In this document: positions 38,464 to 46,033 of the stretch, in pieces
Position numbering within the stretch: position 1 is the first letter of the stretch
Layout: every line of letters begins with the position of its first letter
Virus record (IMG/VR): IMGVR_UViG_3300012933_000077
Coordinates: 1 to 51,962 of that record
Origin: a virus
Taxonomy: Duplodnaviria; Caudoviricetes
Length of the DNA: 51,962 nucleotides
Direction: 5' to 3' (one strand)
Made by a program: the position numbers and the translations under genes
Notes under the pieces: model-generated
What the model saw: the letters and a program-made list of their open reading frames with translations, nothing else
The model's database searches: none
Told to the model about the DNA's origin: nothing

Positions 38464-38610
38464 ATGAACTTTGCTTTGATGCAATACCATAAATATTCCC
38501 TGACGGAACTGGAAAATATGTTACCCTTTGAACGTGAGATTTATGTACATATGTTGATTCAGTATTTGGAAGAAGAAAAACAACGAGTAGAATCTAAAAA
38601 GAGAATGTAA
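38464..38610 (+). CDS. gp51: Baseplate hub assembly chaperone gp51-like (possibly expressed as a gp26 frameshift extension from 38422)
   Basis: Below the ORF-track cutoff. MNFALMQYHKYSLTELENMLPFEREIYVHMLIQYLEEEKQRVESKKRM; the frame continues upstream as LINLCHESLGNYYK. Confidence 0.85.
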   Translation: MNFALMQYHKYSLTELENMLPFEREIYVHMLIQYLEEEKQRVESKKRM

Positions 38611-38613
38611 TAT

Positions 38614-40413
38614 ATGGCATTAGTCACCACCCAATCAAAACCCTTCCTACAGCTAGTTGACCTGCAACAGCAGTCTTTGGACGCACTTAATAAGATTAAG
38701 GACAGCGTTACATTATCTGCTGAGCAGCAAACTGCTGATACTCAACGTCAATCGCTTGAACAACTAAAGAAGATTCTTGACACTCAACAAGATCACTTTA
38801 AGTTAGCCAAGAAATCGTCAGCTGATATGACAAATCAGATGGCGAATATGAATGACAAAATGAAGAAGTGGAAAACTTGGGGTGATAAAGCTCGCGATCT
38901 AAAGCAAGGTGTATCAGACACATTCAGCCCAGCCAAGTTAAAAGATTCATTGCTAAAAGCATTGAACGTCGGCGGTATGATGAATCAAAAGATTCAAGCC
39001 AATGACTATATCAAAAGACAAAAGGATCTGGGTCTAGACAAAGGTAGATCCCCGAAAGAACTAAAAGCCGATGCGGCTGACTACGCTAAACAGCAACGTC
39101 AAGCAATGTTGGCTCAACAAAAGATTGATCGTCTAAAAGCCAGAGGTTCTTCAGACGACGATATTAAACGTTCACCAGTAGGTAAAGCTCTATATCAACA
39201 ACGTGACGCTGCAGCAACTAATGTTAAGTCTTTAGATGCTGGTAATAAGATGGGCGGTAATGTAGCGTACAAATCTGACGCTTTAGCCAAAACCCCGTCA
39301 GACAAAGGGCAAGTTGCACAATCAACAACTGACGTTTTAGCTGAACAGCAATCAGCTAAAGAGAATCAGATGGAGTCTCTGCGTGTTCTAGGAAGTCAAA
39401 CTAACCTATTACAACAAATCGCTCAGAACACAGCTTTGATGGCGGGTAATAAACCTTCAGCTGCAGGCGGCGGCGATTCGTCTAGTGGCGGCGGTGGTTT
39501 AATGGCAGGTGTTGCCGTTGGTATGAAGGTTCTAGGATCAGGTTTCGCTGGTTTAGGTAAGGGTTTGGGTAAGGGGTTACAATCAGCCCTAACTGGTTTG
39601 GCTCAAGGTTTGGCTGCATTAGTTGTTCCAGCTACATTGTTAATTCCAGCAATGTTGGCTCTAGGTGCAGCTTTAAACTTAGCAGCCCCTGCATTTAATG
39701 CTTTGGCTCCAGTTGTTATTAAATTAGCTGACGTATTCGGTAACATCTTTATGAAAGCTCTTCAAATGCTTCCAGATGTTATCAGAGCAGTTGGTGATGT
39801 AGTTATGGGAGTTGTCAGTGCGGTCAGCGGTGCTATCATTAACGTTGTAAACACAGTAACTGATTCAATTGATCGCCTAGCGAATATTGACGGTGGTAAC
39901 CTGATGAGCGTTGGCGCTGGTCTGTTAGCAGTTGCTGGCGGTTTGGCTGCGTTCGGTGCAGCTAACGTTCTAGCTGGCGTGGGTAACCTAGTAACTGGTT
40001 TCCTATCGGCTGTATCTGGACAAGCAACTCCAGTTGAGCAACTAATGATGTTGGCTGATAAGAGCCAAGGTATGAACGACACCGCTGCTGGTATTTCTGG
40101 TATCGGTGATGCTATGAAAAAGTTTGCTGATATTAGCCCCGATACAATGAAAGCGGTTAATGACTTTCCTTGGGTTAGAGCTACAGCGTTCGTTGCAGCG
40201 GGTGGTGCTATGTCTGTACAAGGAGCCAAAGTTTATAGCCAATCTAAAACTGTTGAAGATGAAAAAGCAGTTGTAGATGGTCAAAAGAACCAACCAGTGG
40301 CGGCTAATACAAGTATGGCTGTTCAGAATAACAACACAACTAATACCACTGTTAAACCTAACGTGCGTAATCAAGAATCTAGTCAATCTAGATATCTAGC
40401 GTCAAGATACTAA
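38614..40413 (+). CDS. Probable tape measure/baseplate hub protein (gp29-like)
   Basis: Helical Ala/Gly/Leu-rich 599 aa with hydrophobic stretches and an Asn/Thr-rich C-terminus; directly follows gp26/gp51. Confidence 0.7.
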   Translation: MALVTTQSKPFLQLVDLQQQSLDALNKIKDSVTLSAEQQTADTQRQSLEQLKKILDTQQDHFKLAKKSSADMTNQMANMNDKMKKWKTWGDKARDLKQGVSDTFSPAKLKDSLLKALNVGGMMNQKIQANDYIKRQKDLGLDKGRSPKELKADAADYAKQQRQAMLAQQKIDRLKARGSSDDDIKRSPVGKALYQQRDAAATNVKSLDAGNKMGGNVAYKSDALAKTPSDKGQVAQSTTDVLAEQQSAKENQMESLRVLGSQTNLLQQIAQNTALMAGNKPSAAGGGDSSSGGGGLMAGVAVGMKVLGSGFAGLGKGLGKGLQSALTGLAQGLAALVVPATLLIPAMLALGAALNLAAPAFNALAPVVIKLADVFGNIFMKALQMLPDVIRAVGDVVMGVVSAVSGAIINVVNTVTDSIDRLANIDGGNLMSVGAGLLAVAGGLAAFGAANVLAGVGNLVTGFLSAVSGQATPVEQLMMLADKSQGMNDTAAGISGIGDAMKKFADISPDTMKAVNDFPWVRATAFVAAGGAMSVQGAKVYSQSKTVEDEKAVVDGQKNQPVAANTSMAVQNNNTTNTTVKPNVRNQESSQSRYLASRY

Positions 40414-40426
40414 AATGTATAGATGT

Positions 40427-40454
40427 AAAAAAAGCCCGCGAAAGCGGGCTTTTT
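40427..40454. terminator. Bidirectional intrinsic terminator
   Basis: AAAAAAAGCCCGC-GAAA-GCGGGCTTTTT between the convergent tape measure and gp32 genes. Confidence 0.92.
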
Positions 40455-40468
40455 ATTTCACGGACTGA

Positions 40469-41389
40469 TTAGTCTTCCTTGGCGATTTTCTCGAAGTAAG
40501 ACATAACGTCTTCATCGTCATCCATCGCTGGAGCGACCGAAGTCTTTGGTACGAACGCTGGAGCAGAACGAGATGGTTCTGGAGCAGCGATAGAAGCTGG
40601 AGCATCAGCTGCCAGCTCAGCGGCAGACTTACCTGCAAACGCATCACCAGACAAAACCTCAGACAACTTCTTCTTCAATTCGTCATAAGACTTGAAGTTC
40701 TTACGGTCAGTGAACTCAGACAACTTATGTTGAGCTTTAGCCACGCGAACGATTTCTTCATCGTCAGCAGACAAAGCCACTGGATCGCTGAATACTGATT
40801 CGTCGTAGTTAGAGAAGCCGTCCTTCTTGCGCATACGCAGCTTGAAGTTCGCACCTTCCCAGAAGTCAAACACGTTGACTGGCTTTTCATCCTCGAAAGT
40901 AGGACGAGCCTTATCCATAATCTTGTCAAAGATCTTCTTACCGAACTTGAACAACATTACCTTACCTTCATTCTCTGGATGCTTTGGATCAGAAACGATC
41001 AAAACGTTACAGATGAAGGATAGCTTACGCTTTTGCTTGCGAGCAATTTCCTTGTTGGCTTCAGAACCAGAGTTCCAAAGTTGAGTGTTCATCTCACCAA
41101 CAGGGTCGTTTTCGCCGAGAGTCGTAAGGGAGTTTTCGATGTACCACTTACCAGTTGGTCCTTGGAAGCCGTGAGAGAAGATACGAACCCATGGGAGTTC
41201 ATCGCCTTCGACACGTGGCAAGAAGCGGATAGTGGCAGTACCGTTACCAGCCTTGTCAGCTTCGAGACGCCAGAAGCGGTCGTCGCCATAAGATTTGGTT
41301 TCGGTGGATGGGTTGGCTACCTTTTCAAAGGCGCTAGAAATAGCACCGAAGTCAGAGTTGCGCATTTTACGGAGTGTTTGAATATCCAT
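40469..41389 (-). CDS. gp32: Single-stranded DNA-binding protein gp32
   Basis: DDRFW...DKAGNG.A.IRFLP, HGFQGP.GKWYIENSLTTLG, FKSYDELK, acidic tail. Confidence 0.97.
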   Translation of the reverse strand: MDIQTLRKMRNSDFGAISSAFEKVANPSTETKSYGDDRFWRLEADKAGNGTATIRFLPRVEGDELPWVRIFSHGFQGPTGKWYIENSLTTLGENDPVGEMNTQLWNSGSEANKEIARKQKRKLSFICNVLIVSDPKHPENEGKVMLFKFGKKIFDKIMDKARPTFEDEKPVNVFDFWEGANFKLRMRKKDGFSNYDESVFSDPVALSADDEEIVRVAKAQHKLSEFTDRKNFKSYDELKKKLSEVLSGDAFAGKSAAELAADAPASIAAPEPSRSAPAFVPKTSVAPAMDDDEDVMSYFEKIAKED

Positions 41390-41403
41390 TTTATTTTCCT
41401 TAG

Positions 41404-41410
41404 TATTTAC
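41404..41410 (-). promoter_or_regulatory. Late promoter-like motif upstream of gp32 (GTAAATA)
   Basis: TAAATA core followed by an AAGGA SD. Confidence 0.4.
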
Positions 41411-41610
41411 TTTGTATTAGTATTATGTTGTATAAAAATCTCATCATCTAACTCAAGATTGTCGTTAAACTCATAATCATCTTCAACATAGCTATTTAGC
41501 GTTCTCATGCCACCACTCTTTCGATTGTTTGCATGTTTAGTATTATTCCCCGAACGCTGAGAGGAACCTTCGTCGTCATATTTACGAGATTGGTGATATG
41601 TCTTGCCCAT
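41407..41610 (-). CDS. Small hypothetical protein (basic N-terminus, acidic C-terminus)
   Basis: Fills the gap between gp59 and gp32 on the same strand. Confidence 0.7.
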   Translation of the reverse strand: MGKTYHQSRKYDDEGSSQRSGNNTKHANNRKSGGMRTLNSYVEDDYEFNDNLELDDEIFIQHNTNTK

Positions 41611-41614
41611 GATA

Positions 41615-42226
41615 TTAAAAAGATAGTTCTTCTTTGAAATGATTGAAGATTTTAGTAACTTTCTCGCTGTCGTATTTTACAAAACCTTTCAGTTTCTTAA
41701 TACGAAGTAAGCCATCGCCGAGAACAATTCGGATAGTGGCATCATTAGCCCACATATCAACGAATGGAAATAAGTCATTGATAATACTCAATGTCTCAAT
41801 TGTAATCTTACCAGACAGATATAAATTAAGTACAACTGGTAAGTCGCCATCTACGTTATTGAATACGTTCTTTGAATCAAACTTATTCATCTCGCAAAAG
41901 TTAATCACGGAAGCTAGGTCATCGACAAAAACCTTAGTCAAACTTTGTTTACGTCGAGTCCATTCGCTGAATAGTTCTTCGGCTTCGCTGTTTGCATAGA
42001 TCGCTGTTTCGTGACCGTATGCGAAGTTTGAAACAAAGAACTGAATCATATCCTTATCAGCTGGATGTTTTGCAGCCAGCTTCTCGAAAATGTATCTATC
42101 GTTTCTTGAAGTGAAAGTATCACGTGTACCTTTTACATGACCTCTTGTTTGAAACACATCGTATTTCGGAGAGGTAAAATGTAACTTGATAGCCATGTAA
42201 TACTTGTATGCTTTGAAGCCATCCAT
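41615..42226 (-). CDS. gp59: Helicase loader gp59
   Basis: Y..YMAIKLHFT..KYD.F...G, RNDRYIFEKLA; position upstream of gp32. Confidence 0.88.
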   Translation of the reverse strand: MDGFKAYKYYMAIKLHFTSPKYDVFQTRGHVKGTRDTFTSRNDRYIFEKLAAKHPADKDMIQFFVSNFAYGHETAIYANSEAEELFSEWTRRKQSLTKVFVDDLASVINFCEMNKFDSKNVFNNVDGDLPVVLNLYLSGKITIETLSIINDLFPFVDMWANDATIRIVLGDGLLRIKKLKGFVKYDSEKVTKIFNHFKEELSF

Positions 42227-42227
42227 A

Positions 42228-42443
42228 TTAAACGTCTAGTGTAGCTTGTTTTGGTAGGTAGTTTGCGTCGCGGAAGTCGACCTCAATTTTATCTTTGAGT
42301 GACTTGTTAATCAATTTGGCAACGTCTTCGGGTTCGAGGTAGTTCTCTTTACAGTAATGTAGAACAGCGTCCATGTGGGACATGCGTAATTCTTTCGCTG
42401 TCTTTTCGATATGAAGAGAAAACTCGTTAGTTGATTTGAACAT
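42228..42443 (-). CDS. gp33: Late transcription coactivator gp33
   Basis: FS..IE......MDAVL.YC..N.LE.E.VAKLI...LK.KIE.....NYL. Confidence 0.88.
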   Translation of the reverse strand: MFKSTNEFSLHIEKTAKELRMSHMDAVLHYCKENYLEPEDVAKLINKSLKDKIEVDFRDANYLPKQATLDV

Positions 42444-42676
42444 TATTTCGCCTTTGAAATACGATATTGAAGTGTTTTGATCTGAACATTCATATTACTG
42501 TATTCCGTCATCTTCTGTTTATATAGAGCCCAAATTTTAGTATCGGGCTTTTCATGATTCATTTTGGAACCGAACTTATCCAAATACAATGAGAAGAACT
42601 TATCAAGTCGCATCTTATCCATTGTAAGTTTATTAAGCTCGGTTTCCATTTCACTTTTTGATTTCAAAAATAACAT
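42443..42676 (-). CDS. Hypothetical protein
   Basis: AGGA SD; coupled to gp33 by a TAATG overlap. Confidence 0.7.
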   Translation of the reverse strand: MLFLKSKSEMETELNKLTMDKMRLDKFFSLYLDKFGSKMNHEKPDTKIWALYKQKMTEYSNMNVQIKTLQYRISKAK

Positions 42677-42702
42677 AATAAATTCCTATTCAGTATAAGT
42701 CA

Positions 42703-42731
42703 ATTATACCTGAAAGGTGAATAAAAGTCAA
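42703..42731 (-). promoter_or_regulatory. Sigma70-type (early) promoter
   Basis: TTGACT-17 nt-TATAAT upstream of the gp33/gp59/gp32 block. Confidence 0.8.
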
Positions 42732-42734
42732 GGA

Positions 42735-42953
42735 CTATTTGCCTCGGGTGATAGCATACGCCACGCAAGTTGTATCTGAGCGATACTCAGTGTATGCGCA
42801 GCGTACAGCGATTGGATCAATACCTTTGGAAATAGCCGTTTCAATATTGGATTTCATCGCTTCAAGTTCTTGAGTTCGGTAATATGTAACACCACCGATA
42901 AGCAAGCACAAGGCAACAAAGCCTCCAATAATCAATACTGTAATATCTTTCAC
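42735..42953 (-). CDS. Small membrane protein
   Basis: N-terminal hydrophobic helix; KGIDPIAVRCAY motif; GTG start overlaps the ClpP stop. Confidence 0.7.
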   Translation of the reverse strand: MKDITVLIIGGFVALCLLIGGVTYYRTQELEAMKSNIETAISKGIDPIAVRCAYTEYRSDTTCVAYAITRGK

Positions 42954-43507
42954 GTCAATTCCTTAATTTCATCACACAAACCATGCTTCTTGGATTCTTG
43001 AGGGCTCAACCAAATATCTTGTGGCGGCAATAGAATCTCTCGAATTTGTTTTTCATTCAGACCAGTACACTTTTTATAGTGAGAGATCATTTTCTTAGTA
43101 GTCAAGTCAAACTCTTTAACAGTGGCGAACAACTCGTGTTCCTTACCAAAGGCACCCCATGAATATTGATGGGACAGAATAGAAGTATTTGGAGTTAAGA
43201 TACGTTGACCTTTTTCACCAGCGATAAAAATCATTAAACCAGCTGAAGCGATTTGACCTAGACCGACAGTACGAACTGGAATCGAAGATCCGCGCATAAC
43301 ATCAATCAAAGCAAAACCAGCGTTCAAATCACCTCCTGGGGAAGTGATAATAAGGTTAAGCATCTCTGGTTTTTCTTCAGCAAAGTTCGCTTCAAAAATC
43401 CACTCAACAACTGACTTTACCGAAGTCAGTGTAATTTCTTCCATCAATAGATAAAACGAATGCTTTGAGGAATCGTCAGATAATTGTAGGTTTAGTTTTT
43501 GCATCAT
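42950..43507 (-). CDS. clpP: ClpP-like protease proteolytic subunit
   Basis: ITSPGGD, GQIASAG (catalytic Ser), R...PNT.ILSHQ (His), QDIWLS..E....GL.DEI (Asp). Confidence 0.9.
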   Translation of the reverse strand: MMQKLNLQLSDDSSKHSFYLLMEEITLTSVKSVVEWIFEANFAEEKPEMLNLIITSPGGDLNAGFALIDVMRGSSIPVRTVGLGQIASAGLMIFIAGEKGQRILTPNTSILSHQYSWGAFGKEHELFATVKEFDLTTKKMISHYKKCTGLNEKQIREILLPPQDIWLSPQESKKHGLCDEIKELT

Positions 43508-44021
43508 ACGTTGTCACCTCTTTATAAAAAATATGTCGACCGATAGTAACTGTTTTAGTCAACCCTCTCCATCGAGGATTTACATAATCAGCGTGATAGA
43601 ATAAAGCTCCCTCTGTAAAGTCTTGTAACTTTTCATAGTTCGCGTAAATATGTAGGGCAGCTGATAATGACTCTTTATAAGCGTCACTCGTTTTATCAAT
43701 AGCCTTCACGGGTAAACAAAACCAAGAGAATTGACAAGTTCGTTTTGTCTTTTGTTTTACCACTGAACATATATCACTAGGATAACGATCGTCTTGTGTT
43801 CGGTTTAACGTGACGAACGCCACGGCTTGTTTACCTTGAGCGGGTTCATGACCTGCTTCACGATAAATGTTTTCGGCGAGACAGTCGACTTGCTGTTTAG
43901 CGTCAACCGTCAGGTCGTTGTAATGTAGTTTAAAATTACCATCTCGTCTTTGGATGGAAGCCAGACCTGCGGTCGTGGCGATTATCAACAATATAACAGC
44001 AATTATAATTGCACGTTGCAT
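43476..44021 (-). CDS. Cell wall hydrolase, SleB/Hydrolase_2 family, with N-terminal signal/anchor
   Basis: CLAENIYREA..E...GK.AVA.VTLNR, CQFSW.C, GALFYHADYVNP.W, IGRHIFY. Confidence 0.92.
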   Translation of the reverse strand: MQRAIIIAVILLIIATTAGLASIQRRDGNFKLHYNDLTVDAKQQVDCLAENIYREAGHEPAQGKQAVAFVTLNRTQDDRYPSDICSVVKQKTKRTCQFSWFCLPVKAIDKTSDAYKESLSAALHIYANYEKLQDFTEGALFYHADYVNPRWRGLTKTVTIGRHIFYKEVTTYDAKTKPTII

Positions 44022-44088
44022 AGTTATCTCCTTGTATGTTATGGGTGCGTTGTTACGGCACCCTGATCACTATCAGGTGGACTTCTTG

Positions 44089-44592
44089 CTAGTCTTTCTT
44101 ATAACGAACAGCTACAAAATGTACATTGGCATGGCGTTGATGCATTTCAAGCCAAACTTTACGCCAATGACGTATGAACCGATCTTGGTCCATATCCTTT
44201 TTCACAATCTCATCAGTTGCTGAAGAGATATCATCCTCAAAGATGGAATCGCAGCCCCAAATATGAACTTCGTCACTTCCATTATCAATTAAGTATTGAG
44301 CGGCATAGTGAGCCGAGTTATACCAATCGCGGGGTTTGAAAACATCTAAAATCAAATAGTCATTTACAATACGAAGCTCTTTCATTTTCTCAAAGACGTT
44401 TGTACTAATGATGAGCGGTGTGTCTCCGATTAGATGAGGGCTGTTCTTTAGAATCCAAACAATCTCCACGTCACAGATAACTGTAGCATCAACACTATAC
44501 TCATCAGTTGGGATATTACACCCTATAACAAAATCACCAGTCCTATCATAAGCAACCTTACTTGGACCATTTCCCAATACAACGCCTATCAT
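44089..44592 (-). CDS. Hypothetical protein, possibly sialyltransferase/Maf (DUF115)-like fold
   Basis: VVLGNGPS, IGCN, NSAH.A..YL...G..EVHIWGCD pattern. Confidence 0.5.
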   Translation of the reverse strand: MIGVVLGNGPSKVAYDRTGDFVIGCNIPTDEYSVDATVICDVEIVWILKNSPHLIGDTPLIISTNVFEKMKELRIVNDYLILDVFKPRDWYNSAHYAAQYLIDNGSDEVHIWGCDSIFEDDISSATDEIVKKDMDQDRFIRHWRKVWLEMHQRHANVHFVAVRYKKD

Positions 44593-44609
44593 AATATCTC
44601 CGAATTAGT

Positions 44610-45000
44610 GGGTGGTTATTCTGTTACGAGGAAACCACCCGAAACCCTAGTCAGCGATTAGGCTGCCAATGCGAAAACGTTGTCGTTTGCATTTACTTCT
44701 TTTGCTTCTTCGACCGAGTTACCCCAATCCTACGGGTTTCACATTCCCGTGCTGTCCACTTGTTTACTTGTTGCCCTGTCGAAACCATGGCATCCCCATC
44801 AAAAGTAATCGTTGCATTCTCAACCACTCGCCTTAGTGGTCGGTTAGGGAGGCTGTCCACACTACTAACACAGTCTTGACCTGATGCCCTAACTCGATGA
44901 CCGCTTTTATTCCTAGTCACTTCGGTGATTACTTTTGGTGGAGATGGGGGGAGTCGAACCCCCGTCCAGAACACTTTTCTATCCGCTTCATACAGCAATA
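44610..45000 (-). ncRNA. ssrA: Circularly permuted (two-piece) tmRNA
   Basis: The minus strand reads first the T-arm and 3' acceptor end (GGACGGGGGTTCGACTCCCCCCATCTCCACCA, ending at 44936), then a 138-nt insert, then the 5' end GGGGATGCCATGGTTTCGAC (starting at 44797). The acceptor stem GGGGAUG/CAUCUCC has the G3.U Ala determinant, helix CAGGGCA/UGUUCUG follows, and the tag frame is present. Outer ends are approximate. Confidence 0.92.
44658..44690 (-). other. tmRNA tag reading frame ANDNVFALAA*
   Basis: TAAAT GCA AAC GAC AAC GTT TTC GCA TTG GCA GCC TAA. Confidence 0.92.
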
Positions 45001-45006
45001 ACCTAT

Positions 45007-45035
45007 ATTATATATGATTTCTGATTAAAAGTCAA
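45007..45035 (-). promoter_or_regulatory. Sigma70-type promoter for the tmRNA
   Basis: TTGACT-17 nt-TATAAT ending about 7 nt before the predicted tmRNA start. Confidence 0.82.
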
Positions 45036-45435
45036 GGACTTTCTTTCCAATGAGCTCAGACCAATAATCAGCATCCTGAGTTGTAACTCGAATATCAACT
45101 GTTTCGGGTTTTACAAACATTTTATTTGTGTCAGAGTATTCACTCTCTTGGATCGTATCAACCCATACAATAAAATCAGGTTCAAAGTTTGTACGCATCT
45201 CAGGTAGAGGTGCCACAAAGTCAGCAATGACGTATTCTTTATCGCTTTCATCAGCGAGTTGACGCATTCTTAGACTTTGTCTAATTCTACCCTCGTGACT
45301 AAAATCCCAGTCATTATATTTCTCTCTAACAGCATCAGCATTGAGCCATAGACAGTTAGGAAATAATTGCCAAGTTAGAGCCGCAGCCAAAGTAGACTTA
45401 CCTGCTCCTGGGAGACCCATAATTAAAATTCTCAT
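45025..45435 (-). CDS. cysC: Adenylylsulfate (APS) kinase-like protein
   Basis: RILIMGLPGAGKSTLA P-loop, LNADAVR, DFS.EGR.RQ..R, DFVAP...R, F..PE..D. Start set at ATG 45435. Confidence 0.8.
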   Translation of the reverse strand: MRILIMGLPGAGKSTLAAALTWQLFPNCLWLNADAVREKYNDWDFSHEGRIRQSLRMRQLADESDKEYVIADFVAPLPEMRTNFEPDFIVWVDTIQESEYSDTNKMFVKPETVDIRVTTQDADYWSELIGKKVLDF

Positions 45436-45436
45436 A

Positions 45437-46033
45437 TCAAAACCTATACTTAAACCGATCAATATCTTCAGCGAATATTTCAGAAACTCGTTTCTTACTT
45501 TCTTCAGTGTAATAATCTACATAATGAGTTCGTTGGCTTATATTTTTAATAGGTAACGGTAAAGTATTACCAACAACCTTTTGAACTCTTTTAAAATCTT
45601 CTTCTAAAGATTCATATTTTAATACATCAACAGTATTATCTATCCACGAGCATTGATTACTGCTTAAAGTGTATGGACTGATAAAGGTATTTGGGTATAT
45701 GTCAATATTTAAAATCCAGTCATTGAATGAAACATCTTTCAGCCATTCAAATTCTTTATACACGACTGGCATCTTTTGTGTCAAGTGAGAGTATAAGCTG
45801 ACTGCGTAATCCCATGGGTTTCTAACAACGGCGAATGTGTAACCCAAATCAGAAACTTCTCGCCTTACTTCATTTACACCCCAATGTTCTTTAGTGTCAC
45901 AGAATCTACGCATAGTATAACCATTTGGTGGATATACACACATGAGCCTGAACCATTCAGTGATACTTGTACCAGCTGTTTTAGGTACATGTATGAACGT
46001 TACTGTGTTTTTACCAGTTACTTGAAATGTCAT
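45437..46033 (-). CDS. Sulfotransferase (family 2-like)
   Basis: FIHVPKTAGTSI (5'-PSB) and FAVVRNPWD..VSLY (3'-PB) PAPS-binding motifs. Confidence 0.88.
   Translation of the reverse strand: MTFQVTGKNTVTFIHVPKTAGTSITEWFRLMCVYPPNGYTMRRFCDTKEHWGVNEVRREVSDLGYTFAVVRNPWDYAVSLYSHLTQKMPVVYKEFEWLKDVSFNDWILNIDIYPNTFISPYTLSSNQCSWIDNTVDVLKYESLEEDFKRVQKVVGNTLPLPIKNISQRTHYVDYYTEESKKRVSEIFAEDIDRFKYRF

Noticed and set aside
41390-41410. T4-style gp32 autogenous translational operator
   Set aside because: The gap is too short and shows neither the long AT-rich repeats nor a recognisable pseudoknot.
44798-44935. Self-cleaving ribozyme (pistol/hammerhead) in the tmRNA insert
   Set aside because: The GTTAGGG/CCCTAAC pairing recalls the pistol pseudoknot, but the enclosing P1 stem and core are missing, and there is no CUGAUGA/GAAA hammerhead core.
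44936-44968. Stand-alone tRNA gene
   Set aside because: Only a T-arm and 3' acceptor strand are present; the matching 5' strand lies downstream, as expected for a permuted tmRNA.
44693-44998. 101-aa ORF in the track
   Set aside because: It lies entirely within the tmRNA gene (T-arm, CCA end, IVS); the RNA features explain the sequence.
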